Below, piece after piece: positions 35,903-49,065 of a stretch of 64,000 nt of DNA (position 1 is its first letter; each line of letters opens with the position of its first letter). Source of the DNA: Hydrolagus affinis (taxonomy: Eukaryota); assembly GCA_012026655.1 (NCBI GenBank), contig JAAILG010001380.1, positions 1 through 64,000 on the forward strand. The letters run 5' to 3'. Below the pieces are notes generated by a model. It had not been told where the DNA came from. It made no database searches and saw only the letters and a program-made list of their open reading frames with translations. The translations under genes and the position numbers were made by a program.

Positions 35903-37069
35903 AAATCCTTCTCTTTTGCGCCACGGGATCTTTAACATCCACCTGAACAGGCTGACTGGTATTCGGTTAACGTTTGATGCAAACTACTTGGATCAAACTA
36001 CCCCGACAATGCAACACGTCTCTTAGCTTAGACAATGTGAGTTCAAGTCCCACAGTGAGGTTTGAACCCATAACCTTCCGACTCAGAGATGAGAGTACTA
36101 CCAACTGAGCCAAGCTGACGCACCTCATCAGCCAAACCAGCATTCACTTCTCACCATCTTTTCTAGTGTCAAAGGACCACTGATATTCTTGTGTTGTGTT
36201 GGGGAGGGAGAGAAACCTGACGTGATGCAATATTGGTCTTGGAGGCTATTTCGCTAAAAACAAAATCAGCTCATCACTAACAAATGATGCAGCAAATTCT
36301 GCGGTATTTCATTATCCATTACCCATGCAATTTAACACAAGGAATAGGTTAAAAAATGACTAAAAATTATACCTTGTTATTTCTGGTCATTAAAGCATAT
36401 ACAGTTATATGATTTCACCTGACATTGCATCGGATGGATTAAATTTACCACCAGAAAATTTGTATGTGGAAAAATACTAAATTCGATGTAATTGCCTGCA
36501 TTTACCTCCCAAGCAGCTTTAACAGCTCCATTAACAGGGCAATTTCACTAGGGTATTTTATTATAGAATTGCCAGTTTAAAGCTACAATAATTATAGCCT
36601 CAAGACTTCCAACAGCGCTTCTTGTGACTCCGCTTGGCTGAACTCCCTCTGCTCCACACATCTTTATATAGTCTCTTGAGTAGGGAGTTTCTAGTATTTA
36701 GTCTCAATTATAAGCACGGGAGTAAAACATAAGCAATTATACCCATGTGACTCTCTTAATAAGACTGAAGGGAAAACTTCTCATCACAAATAATTAGATC
36801 GACTAGACCCTTAACTGATCACAATGTATAACAAACCTGCAGGATATATTTAACTGGAACATTCTGGAACCAGAGTAATTAACTGACTGCTTATTTTATT
36901 GGGATATTATTAAACTATGAACTACATCTCCAAATTCCAAAGGTTACTGTCGTGTTGCTCAGTAGAGCAGACAATGCCACAGAGACGGGTATAGGACAGT
37001 CAGAGTGGATTCACTGTCACTTTGCATATGCTCAGCAATGCATGAGGATTTAGATGCTTTGATCTGAAC

Positions 37070-37412
37070 CTATAACTGGCTCAATATTGGTACCATTTGT
37101 TGCCTCTGAGCCAGATGGTTGTGGGTTGAAGCCCCCACATTTGGACCTGGAAGTTGTCTTACACAGTCTTACACTGAGGTTCTAGAGCAGTGGTGGGGTG
37201 TAAAACCGAGGTCTTATGTGCCTGTCCAAATGGATAATGAAGATCCCACAACATTGTTCAAAAAGAAAAGCAAATTTCTCCCAGTGTCCTGGCCAACAAT
37301 CTCCCCAATTAAAAATTGGTCCCTCACTTTATGACTGTTTGTGGGAAATTGCTGTGCACAAATTGACTGCCATACTCACCTACAAGATACACTGTCACAT
37401 CACTTTACAGTA
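37070..37412 (+). mobile_element. Deu-SINE interrupted by a DNA transposon (tail continues at 38375-38445)
   Basis: Deu domain ends cactttacagTA and resumes TAtattctgttaaatgctttgatac...gcgctatat...ggattattatt. Confidence 0.8.
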
Positions 37413-38372
37413 CAGGTATCCCTCCCCCACCGCGGGGGATACGTTCCCGTAAACCTCCATGGTTGGTAAAATCACGGTTGGAAAATACAGGGCCCTATGG
37501 GAAACATGGGGATAGGGGGAGTAAGTTCGCGTTTCGTAGAATTAAACACACAAAAAAATACACAGTTATAACATACATGGGGATAGGGGGAGTAAGTTTG
37601 GACTCATTAGCTGCCAGGATCTCCAGCAATGCGCGAGGCTGTCTGACTGACTGATCTATACACAGACACAGAGAAAGAGAGAGACGGAGGGTGGGGGGAG
37701 TGGGGGGGGGGCGGGTGGAGACATGGAGGGCTGGGTGTGCTGTCTGACTGATCTACAGAAAGAGAGAAATCAACGGAGAAGGTGTGGTGGGTGACACAGA
37801 GGGCTGGGGGTGCTGTCTGACTAACTGACTGATCTATACCCAGACTGAGAGAGAGGGAGGGTGGGGGGAAGAGAAGGTCAAATAGAGAGAAAGTGAGAGA
37901 GAGAAAGGGGGGTGGGGGAGGTGGGGGGAAGAGAAGGTGAAATAGAGAGAAGGTAAGTCAGAGAGAGAAGGGGTAGGGGGAGGGGTGGTGGGGGGGAAGA
38001 GAAGGTGAAATAGAGAGAAGGTGAGTCAGAGAGAGAGATCTCTGTAGCCCTATGATACACTTACAGAGAGAGAGAGGATGCAGAGAAGCGACAATAAATT
38101 CATGTTATTGTATTTACCTTAATCCTAAAAGAGAAGCGTTGTTTCTGGTTGATTGCAACATCGGAACTGGGTCCTAGAGCTATACGCTAGCGCGAAGCGA
38201 CATCGAGGTTGGTTGATGCAACTGGGTCCTAGTGCTAAACGCTAGTGTTAGTGTTAAAAACCGTGGATAAGCAAGAGTTATAAGCCGTGGTTTGCAAGGG
38301 TTGTCGCATTTAGCAAACTGTGGATGTGTGAGTTTCGCGGTTGATGAGGCCGCGGTTGGGGCGGGGTACCTG
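37413..38372. mobile_element. Non-autonomous Tc1/mariner (Tigger/pogo-like) DNA transposon, 960 bp
   Basis: 23-bp imperfect TIRs CAGGTATCCCTCCCCCACCGCGG and (reverse complement) CAGGTACCCCGCCCCAACCGCGG, TA duplication at 37411-12 and 38373-74, no transposase ORF. Confidence 0.88.
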
Positions 38373-38662
38373 TATATTCTGTTAAATGCTTTGATACATC
38401 TCAACAATAAGGCGCTATATCGAAACCAAGGATTATTATTATTATCAACTGGCATCGACTTCTCTTTTAGATGTGACGATGTTGATCAGTTTACATCCTC
38501 ACACTTGAGAAACTTTGAGGCAATTTTTGCATGTATAAATGCAAGTTGTTGTACTCTGTATTTGTACCATCTTTACTGATGGTTTATTGAAAGATACATT
38601 GTAGTGAAGAGCTAGGGTCTACCAGATATTGATCTCTGTAAATAGCAACCTTTCCTTACATA

Positions 38663-39035
38663 TGAAGTCCTGTAGCTCAATGGTTAAAGCACTCGCCTCT
38701 CAAGCGAGAGTCCTAGTTTCGATTTCCAGCTGAACGAAATGTTGGGCAAGTTTTCTTACTCCACATAACTCTGTTGACCTGGCAGTAAGTAGGAACCCAG
38801 TAGTTAATTGAATGGCGAATCGCTTTTCCGAGGTATTAATTCTTTCAAGCTTTTTTTTAAAAAAAATTGGTCACTTCAATCCACAACTGTTTGTAGGACA
38901 CCATTGTACGCAATTTGCTACCACGTTTCACCCACAAATAAACAGTCAGTTTACAATACTTTACAGTAAAGTGCTTTGAGGTGTCTCAACAAGGTGATAA
39001 GGCGCTATATCAAGTGCAAGGATTATTATTATTAT
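38663..39035 (+). mobile_element. tRNA-SINE, long subfamily with extra central segment
   Basis: Standard head plus ctctgttgacctggcagtaagtaggaacccag... segment, then Deu-like part and L2-like tail. Confidence 0.82.
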
Positions 39036-39655
39036 TACATCTTCATAAGGGACTTCCCTTTTTTAGTGATAGATCCCATTTTGAAATTCTATATTCTATA
39101 TTTTAAATTTCACACACATCCAGGTCTGGATTGAGAACTAGCACTTCAACTGCAACTGTTTAAAAGGAAACATATTGAAATGATTTGGTTAGGTTAATGG
39201 CCCTAAGGTCTTTCTGAATTATTCAACCTAGATGAGCCTGTGCTATTGCTCTTGGTGTATCTGAAAGGGAATGTTGCAAATCAAACCCCGATTCACAATC
39301 GTGGAGCACAATCCTGGAGCACAATGGAAATGTATATGTCCTCTCCCGGCAGTTAAATAGAAGCAAATAATGCCACATGATACAGATATAAATCCTGCAG
39401 CTATTTGAGGAGTGTTGAAGCTCATATAAGCAGTAAAACCCCTAATGCAAGCAGTAAAACAGTTGAATTTCATCAGCCTGTCAGACTCTATTATTTTAAC
39501 AGGTTTGCAAATATACAGTGCACAATGATGCAGTGGGTGACAAGTTGATATCGTCACATCTGCTACTCGGAATTTTTTGAAGTAAATAAAAAATAAAATA
39601 GCCTGTCAACACTGACTACTAAGGTTCACACATGAAGAATGGCCACTTGGGTGAA

Positions 39656-39782
39656 GCACCAGAGGGCAATTGGTGTCCAACGCAACAACCCGTTATGGGA
39701 GCCCAGGGGAGCTTGCACGAAAATAGGGAATAAAATGAGATTATGGCAAGATAATAGCCCGATATTTCGCAGGAGGTGGCAC
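39656..39782 (+). promoter_or_regulatory. Two co-oriented CTCF-like motifs
   Basis: GCACCAGAGGGCAA (39656-39669) and GCAGGAGGTGGCAC (39769-39782) compared with consensus CCASYAGRKGGCRS. Confidence 0.4.
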
Positions 39783-41287
39783 TGTAACAATAGCTTCTAA
39801 CAGCCCAAGATTGTGGACTTTGAATGGGTGTTGTGGAACTGCATGAAAACCCATCAATGTGGAATGCACACGGAATGAGAAAAGGCTACTTATGACGTTA
39901 CCTCCACAAACCACTCAGAACCAACCTATCTGTTTATTCCAAACCACTTGTTGCCGAACATTTGCCCACACTCCTCTCCTAATCAGCCACCAATTAACCA
40001 TTTATTATTTTGCATACGATTACAAGATTGGTTTGGATAAAAGCTATCTGAATCTCATGCTTCCAAAACACACAACCTACTGTCCCCACCCATCCCAGCA
40101 TCAAGCTGCTTATTAAATTAGTCCATTGTCTTCACCTGTTTTCACTTTCCAGGCATCCAGTTCTGGTCCATGATTAGCCTCTGAGTAAAGAAAAACTGGA
40201 GTACAGCATGCAGGGTGTTTAAATAGCCAAACCTGTACATGATGAACATGTGAATGGAGAGATAGTGGCAGAGAAGGTCGGTGTTACAGTGTGGAGGGAA
40301 AGCTAGTGATGTTGAGCTTAAGGGACATTGAAAGTAAGGTTTTGCACAGGCCCCATGGGATGCTTTAACGGGTATCGATGCGATCCGTGCTGAGGTGAGA
40401 AGATGCTTATATGTGCCAAGCAAGGAAGCTTCGGACTTGCTAATGTTCACTTGCAAATACATAGTCAATTCATTTCACAATATATTCTGTGAAGCGCTTT
40501 GAGACATCTCAACGACATGATAAGGCACTATGTCAAATACGATACTATACAAAAGTAGATTTGCATAGTGCCTTTCATGTCGCAAGCTTGAAAAAAATAT
40601 GCAATCAGCCTCTGTTCTTGGGATAAAGAAAGAATTAACCATAGAGCGAGTGTGCTCTTGGTTGCTGTGAAATGATTCCTGATGGAAAATTCATGTGTAG
40701 TGTTGTCAAATGAAGAGAGGATCAGCCTTCATTTAATGCTCAACCCCCACACAAGGTCAAATAGCCTGCTGACACTCACAGTCTAAGCTTATAAATGACG
40801 AACGGCTGTGCCGGCAACGTATCACAGACGGCTGGTTCCCATAGCACTGAGCTGCTGGTGAGTCACCACCTACAAACGAGAAGAGGAAATATTCACACTA
40901 AAACAATAAAACATAATTTGCACATGGCTGCTTATGTAACTTATTCGTCTCAAAGGACTGCAAGTTGATGTGGTCAGTACTGTATTATGAGAGGATGTTT
41001 TAGAGGAATATTTCATATTGTCCAGCACATGAATTAAATTCAGGCTGAAAGGCAAGGTTAAACAATGTAACGGTACATTCACTTTCAATCATCCTAATCC
41101 CAACTGAATACCAACTCTTACCATAAGCACAGCTACATGAACTAAGATGGCAAGCCTGCCTGCTTTTTTTAAGCTATCTGAATCTTAAAGACATATGATT
41201 CAATTCCACCGATATCTTTATTAACTTAAAGGTAAGCAACGGAATAGCAGTCCGATAACTTTTGTGATCAGTTGCTTGGTGCAGCGT

Positions 41288-41645
41288 TAATAATAATCCT
41301 TGCATTTGATATAGAACTTGTCACGTCTTCTAGGCATCTCAAAGCTCTTCACAGCATATACTGTAAAGTGAATTGACTGTACATCTATGAGCAAAATAAT
41401 AGTAATAAAAGAATAATCCTTGAATTTAATAGAGCACCTCATCATATCGGAAGGATATCTATAACCGTTTCACAATATTTAATAATAATATTAATCATAA
41501 TAATCCTTGCCATTGATATGGAGTCTTATGATATTGTCGAGATGTGTCAAAGCGCTTTACAGAATATACTCTATGTTATTGTGTATTTTGTGAATGAATC
41601 TGACAGCCAATTTGCACACAGTGATATCCCACAAACAGTCATTGG
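41288..41645 (-). mobile_element. Three stacked SINE tails
   Basis: Three successive aataatccttg...-type tails at ~41290, ~41412 and ~41498. Confidence 0.7.
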
Positions 41646-44600
41646 GTGGGTGACCACTATTTGAAAAGAGATGGGAGTTTCTCCTACAATCTTGGCTAAC
41701 AATCTCCCAAATTTTATGTCCTCCAGGAAGGGCAGAAGTGACATCAGTTTTATGTGTCATCCAAAGAACGACACCTCCGATAATACAGAATATTCCCAGC
41801 ACTGCATTGGCATATCAGATAAACAATATAGTTCTAATTCCCATCCATGAAGTGAATGACCAATTTTATTTGAGTGATTGTTGGCCAGGCATTGGGAGAA
41901 ACTCCCTTAATTCACAAGTTTGACTAGCATTCAAGTTCCTCTGCCTTTACTGGGTAACCATAAACACATATGAGTTTGGAACAGCATACAGTAGAATAAT
42001 GTTTGAATGTTCCAGTGTGAAGCAACCATATTTGGAATAAAGCAGGAAATACACATTTTTAACATTGACCATTTAAAGATTTTTTAAGATGAACTGAACA
42101 AGTTTTTGAGGTATGTTAAAGGTTGGAGAACACTGTCCTGCAAAAAGTACTCCAAGCGTCAATGAATGAGCAACCCTAGGAAACGTATCAATGGTACTAC
42201 ATATGGGTGATTCATTCCTCCTCTTTGTTCTTCACAAATACTAGAAAAAATATATTTATCTGCCATAGAACTAAGCGATACTCATGGCCCATGACCTTTC
42301 CCCAGCATGTTTCATATAATGTAGCTGCAGGCCTGATTGCTATAAGGTTGATATGCGTAGTACAGTAGTTCCCATTCTGAGTATTTGGGTTTTATTCAAA
42401 GGATCCCCCATACAAAGTGAATATATCTTTCACTTTTCAAACATGATTTAACAGAAATCTAAGCTTGGAAGCTATCTCCCATTTAAAGTTTTCCCTGATC
42501 TTAAAATTAATGAAACCTCCTAACAGCATGATTTAACATTGCCAGATACCTCGGTCAATTTTTATTGACAACCTGGCATCCTGCTAGCCTTGTTCTGGTT
42601 CTCTATCTCTGACAGCCATGAGCCCATTATGCTGAAGGTGAATTCCTATGTTTACAAGGTCACTATTTATTTCTAGGCTTCAGAAATAGAGACAAATGTG
42701 CTGTGATCAATTTGTGGTTCATGTCTTCACCAGAACTTGATTCTGCAGTTTCCCCTTTGCTGGTACTGTATATACTTGCTGTTATGTTATGGGTAAAAAA
42801 CAAAATTGGTCATTCCTTTTATGACTGTTTGCAGCCCATCATTGTGGAAAATTGGCTGCTGTCCTCACCTACAAATCCAGTCATTATAAATTACAGAATA
42901 AATTGTTGAACGGGTTTGAGATGCTTTGATGTGATGAAGTATTATATCAAATGCAAGGATTATTCTTATTACTCTAGGATCAGTAAACTAAATCTTAATT
43001 GTTGCTGTATTTGGACCAGAACTACCACAATATTTTATGGAACATATTTTAAAAATTTGAGCTGTAAAAATGTTTGTATGCAATTTCTTTGCAAAGTACT
43101 TATGATTTGTCCTTTTTTAAATTACAATTATTGTGTCCATTGTAATTGTAAGATTTACCTGCTGGCCAAAATTGCACACAGGAATTCAGGTGACATCTAA
43201 CAATTGATATAATGTATAAAGGTTTGTTTTAATTTATTTAACCAAATGCTCTCAAAGTGCATATCAGGAATTTTCCCTTGTTAATAATTATTTAGAATCG
43301 CCTGCATACTTTAGTAAATGATGAACAATTACAAACAATTTCCCAACAATGTTGAAAAAACCTCATCTGTCATTTCTTAGCTACTTTCATTAATTTGTTC
43401 AGACGCTTGTAAGTATTATAGATCTCATCAGTACTGGTCTCGTAGCTTCATGCAGTAGTTTGATAAAAATAACTAATAATTTGAGAGCTTCTTTCTCTGG
43501 TTATTTATGAACAATTTACACATTAAATGATCCAGAACATGGATAATCCCATAAAAGAAAATAATTTGGTCACTCAATTCATGACTTTGTGGAACACTGC
43601 TGCACACAATTATCCACAAATATACAGTCAACTCACTTTACAATATATTCTGTGAAGTGCTTTGAGACATCTCAATGATGTGTTAAAATAATATGTCAAA
43701 TGCAAGACTTATACTACTAACAGATTAATTCAAGTCAACTCCCATTTATCATAATTTTCCTGGTTCTTTGACCAAGTCAACTCTCAATCCACAAGGCTAA
43801 TTTTCCATTATTTACACAGGTAGTATTTTTTTTTCAAAAGCCTCAGATGTAGTCATTGTAAATGCTTCTGAAAATCAAAGGACATTATATCCATTGGATA
43901 TTTCTCATGCTCCAATTTAATTGCCCTCTCTAAAAATTTCAGTAGATTCATGAAGCATGACCTTATTCTTTCTGATGCTGAGTTTTAATGTTGCTGACTG
44001 CCCATTACATGGTAAATTGCTCTCAATAAATTTCAACATTAACCAGCAGTAGTCTAACTGGTCTGTAATTCACTGATTCATGTCGCGTTTTTAATATCGG
44101 GATCAAATGAGCTGCTCTCCTCATGCAGAACTACTGTACTGTGTTTATGAAGGTCCTGAAAATAATATCTATGGCATTATTCTGCAATGGAAATAAATCT
44201 ACTAGTTTTACAAGTGCATAAGCTGAAGGATAAAGGGACTGACGGGATTTCTAATGAGCCATTTGCTGTTAAAATTAAAATCAGCAATAAGTGTGATGCC
44301 AAAGTTCTGTAAACTTGGTCACAAGGGTGTCAACAATGGGCTTAATGCCAAGATATATCCTGGTTTACATTGGAACTGTTGCCGATTCTGTGCAACTTGT
44401 TGTACCTGCCCTCCATTGAACCCATCTGAGTTTAGTTATCATCAAATTCGTCATGTGGATATTTGAACAGTCCTTGGTCCCAAGCCTGTATGACTGTGCA
44501 TTGATTTCAATGTTTGGTTCTACTCAAACAATAATAATAATAATCCTTGCATTTATTATAACACTTGATCACATCATTGAGATGTCTCAAAGTGCTGTAC

Positions 44601-47600
44601 ATAATATATTGTATAATTGATCGACTGTATTTTGTGGGCAGTCATGGCAGTCATTTTGGACAGCGCACCCATTCATTACATGATCTGACTCTTCATTTCA
44701 TTGTTGTTTGTTAGACTCTGCTGCTGCAGATTGGCTGCTGTATTTGCCTATACTGTATATGCAACATATTGAACTCAAGTTTATTATTAATTTTGTAATT
44801 TATTTTAGATGATCACTGTTTTCAAAGTCATCAATTTAGGGTCTTTGAAAGAGCCAAGTGGCTTCTGCGCTCTAAATTTCTATGGTTCTATTATGTGAAA
44901 AGCACTATATAAAAGCACAGTGTTGTTGTCATTGCTTTTTCCTTTGTATCAGATATCATAAAGATATCATAAATAGAAATACAGAAGTGAAAATTATCAC
45001 ATCAAATTTATTATTAAATGTTGCATGTTATCCCCTGGCCTTTGTATAATGGCTGCATTTGATGATTTCTCTGTTCTTTGCTGCTCCTGGTACAGAGGTG
45101 GGAGCTTGTGTGCAGCTAATAATAAGATATGAATTTATCTCAGTGGGAATCCTGTGAAGAAACTCTCACAAATTACCTCTGGGATTTAAAAACAAAGAAT
45201 CTCTGGTTTGGTGACATTTAAGAAGGTGGCCAAAATGTTTGAAAATCAGCAAACCAATGTAACCAAACCAATGGGTGTTTAGTCCCACAACCAGTCTTTA
45301 GGAATTCCTAGTCTTTTACAAATAGATAATTATCACATTGAATCTATGTTACCTATTTCACTCCATATTGCTGAACTGGTCAATACTTGTTGTTTTCCTC
45401 GCTCACGGAAAATACATTGCCTTTTAAAATTATTACTAGGTTTGTCAATAATGATTTAATATATTTTGATGATAAACCACACATACATCATTTTTTATTT
45501 ATTATCCGTTCTGGGTTCTTTTATCATAAAAGCCCGGGTTTTAAGAGTGTTTAGAAATTCTGAATCGTACATTTAACAGCATATTATATTCGCTATGGGA
45601 CTATATGCTGGCTTTGTCATTAGCTAGTAAGGATGTCCTGAATCGTATTTTTAGTGCATAATGGCAGCTTTGAAAGGATTACAATAATCTTTGCATTCAT
45701 AATTTAAGATCACAACTGCAAATCCATAATTTGTTGCATTTGTTTATTTGTTTTAAACAGCAGGTGAAATCTTAGACAGTACTGTACCAGTAATCATCTT
45801 TAGTTTCTTTAATTATCTGTGCTCCCTAGGTTCATCAATTTCTTGCATATTTAATCGGGTGGATGATTAAATTGAATAGAAGACAGCAATATAATTACCA
45901 CGCTAAAATAAACATATTTTGACAACTATACTATACTGCCAATGGCTCACAAAGGAAGACACCTCTGGAATTCAACGAAGACTTTAAAGCACAACAAAGG
46001 GAAAATCTCATCACCCATTATGAATTGTGCATTACTCTTGTGCATTGTGCAAATAGGCTCCACAATTGCCCACACAATGCATAGTCGCTGCACTTTACAG
46101 TATATTCTGCATAGCATTTTGAGACATCCTCCCTTTATGTCAGGATTTTTTTTATCATCTAGTTATGTTTTTGTTTTTAAATGTTATCCTGATTTTCTAT
46201 TTACAGTAGTCAATCTTTCTAAATAACTTCCCATGGTGAATGGCAGGATATGCCATAGTGCAGCCTGATCTATTGGGTTGGTTAGGGTACAATTGTAGTG
46301 AAATAGTCATATCTTCATTTATTTCCTTGTGCAAAACAAACCATTCAACTGAGGAATCCTCTGCTTAAGTATAAAACTATCCCCAAATGAATTGATGTGA
46401 CTGGCCACTCTGAGAGTTGAAACATTGGCTGCTTTGTTTGTTCACAAAAAAACTTGAAAAAAATAAAGTGTTACTGAACAACTAATTGCATTCTTATACA
46501 GTAACGTCTTTCACATTGGGACAATGTCCCAAGGTGCTGAAACTTAATTACCAAATAAATTTAAAAGTGCAGGTGTTTACTTCACGTTTGATGGCCCCTC
46601 TTTGCCTCTCTTCAAATTGCAACTGAAGACTTTCCTTTTCAACTGTACCTACAATCACCTTCCCTTTCTCCCCGGCTCGGCATTGAGTTCTGTCATTATT
46701 AAGCGATCTGAGACATATGAAGGGAATACATAAATGCAAGTTCTTCTTGTTCTTTACATTTTAGTCATTGTATTTTTCTCACGGATTTAAACAAGAGCTC
46801 AAATATGCAGTGATGCAGAACTATTTTTTTTGACACAACTGCATTAGAAAGTGATCGCTAATCAGCAAACAAATATTCCTGAGGCTGAATGCCTGTCAGT
46901 CTCGCAGACACAATTTTGAAAGGTGTTTTAAAAAGTCACTTCCTGCAATTAGTTCCTTTCCACTGGACCACTGGAAAGGCAATGATTGTCTAAATTTACA
47001 ATGGCTGAAAAAATCAAACATTAAACTAAAATAATTTCATGCCTCACAATTTCAAGCGTTTACTTACAAAACATGGTGTAATTTCTATGCATCCTTTCCG
47101 CCAGATTGTTCCACAGATACAAACGGCTTCCCTCTGTACAGTTTACAAAACTAAACTGAAAGCAAACTGTGTGTATGTAATGTGCAACAATTTTTTTCTG
47201 ATAGTAAACGTTGTAATTTTTTTCGCACGAGGAAACCAGAACTGGAATAGCAATGTACATGTGCAATAAATTATAAAAGACCTTGAGGCCACATATAACC
47301 TGGGACATAAAAAATCCAGGCACCGTATTCCTTCCTTGACAGGTAGGTCGAATGAAGACCAACGCAAAGATTGCATCAGTGTCTGGGATCACTGACCACA
47401 GCACAATAGACCATTTTCTTGAACTCGGAGCCTCCTGTCTGAAATTGAATATTTCAGTAACAAACACCATGATCACCCACAAGTAAACCCTTACAGGTGA
47501 TGAATGAAAAAGGATTCAAACAATGAAAACATTACCTGCTGACCAAGCCTTGTCTTTGGAAAGTAGCATAGATTACAGCACAGACATTTAGTCCCATACA

Positions 47601-47944
47601 GTGGTGTGCTGTTACATTGATGGTTGACCACCGCATCTAAACTATTCATGCAAACTAATCCAGTTCCTGTCTTCAGGCAACAGGCCCGAGTCTGGGGTGG
47701 ATTTCTGAAATTAACTTTAGCAGAGAATGGGATTTCATGATCCTGCCCACAGAAACAACGCAGACAACATTACTATTTTAATAAGTGATGAATATATAGA
47801 AATTTAGCTCATCTAGTACAGAAATAAACATTTCACTGATGAAAACTGTAAGCAATGCAACAGATGTAATACAAACGGAAATGGCTTAAAAATGCCACAG
47901 AATATTTGCTTCAAGATAGTTGATGTTTTTGTGCCATAATGATA

Positions 47945-48260
47945 ATAATAATTATTCTCGCATTTGATATAATGCCTTTCAGGCCGAGGACATCCAAAAG
48001 CACTTGACAGGATTTACTGTATAGTGTAGTAACTCTATTTTGTAGGCGAATGCAGCAGCCACTTTGTACGCAACAGTGTGCCATAAACAGCCATGAAGTG
48101 AATTATGTCTGGGGATTGTTGGTCAGGACACCAAGAGAAAGTCCCTTCTCTTTTGTAGTAGTGCGATGAGATCTTTATCATCCACCTGAAAAAGCAGATG
48201 GGACTCCAGGTTAACATCTCATCCAAAGGATGGCACATCTAATACAGCGATCCACTGGAA
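47945..48260 (-). mobile_element. Deu-SINE fragment
   Basis: Minus strand ggatgagatgttaacc...caggtggatgataaagatctc Deu domain. Confidence 0.78.
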
Positions 48261-48312
48261 TTACATTTGAGTAACAAAGTAGTCTGTAAATGCAATGTCT
48301 TGATATAGGATA

Positions 48313-48627
48313 TAATAATAATACTAATCCTTGCATTTGATATAGCTCTTTTCATGTGTTCTAGACACCTCAAAGTGCTTCAGAATATACTGTAAAGTGA
48401 ATTGGCTGAAATTGTATATTTGTGGGCAAAACGCGGCAGCTAATTGCGCACAGCATTGTCCCACAAACAATCGTGGATTGAAATGACCAATTTATTATTG
48501 CTGTTTTTGGAGGGATTATTATTAGGCATGTGGAGTAAGGAAACTTGCCCAAGGTTTCATCCTGCCTGGGATTGAACTCAGGTCTCTTGTTTGCAAGGTG
48601 AGTGAACTACAGGACTGAGCTACAGGA
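48313..48627 (-). mobile_element. tRNA-derived SINE, full length
   Basis: Reverse complement of the dominant SINE family. Confidence 0.9.
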
Positions 48628-49065
48628 TATATAGTATCCAACAAGCTTCTTATTTAAGTGCTACCAAATGAGTCATTAAAGAAATTATGGAATATTGGTG
48701 AGGACCTGATCACGCAAAGCTGTTTCAAAATAAATATTTTGAAATTGATATAGTGCCTTTCTCATTGCAAGGAAGTCTCAGAGTGTTTCGCAGGGATTAC
48801 TGTGAAGCAAAGTGATTCTATTTTGTAGACTAATTTCAATTCTTTGATGGTTGTACACATGAAAAATGATGCCTACATAGTTATTTTGCCTTCTTTTCAA
48901 TTCACCCACTTCAGAATAGGTCATTGTTAAATGTTTGCCATAAGATAGGAAAAAGATTGGCATCAAAATGCATTCGCTCATATCTCCACAATATTTTGGG
49001 ATTCATCCAATACTCCCAAATATGCAGCCTTTTGTAATAAACAGGCTTCCTACGTGTTTTTACAT

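Noticed and set aside
47060-47482. 140-aa minus-strand ORF
   Set aside because: No recognisable domain or splice context. Consistent with chance.
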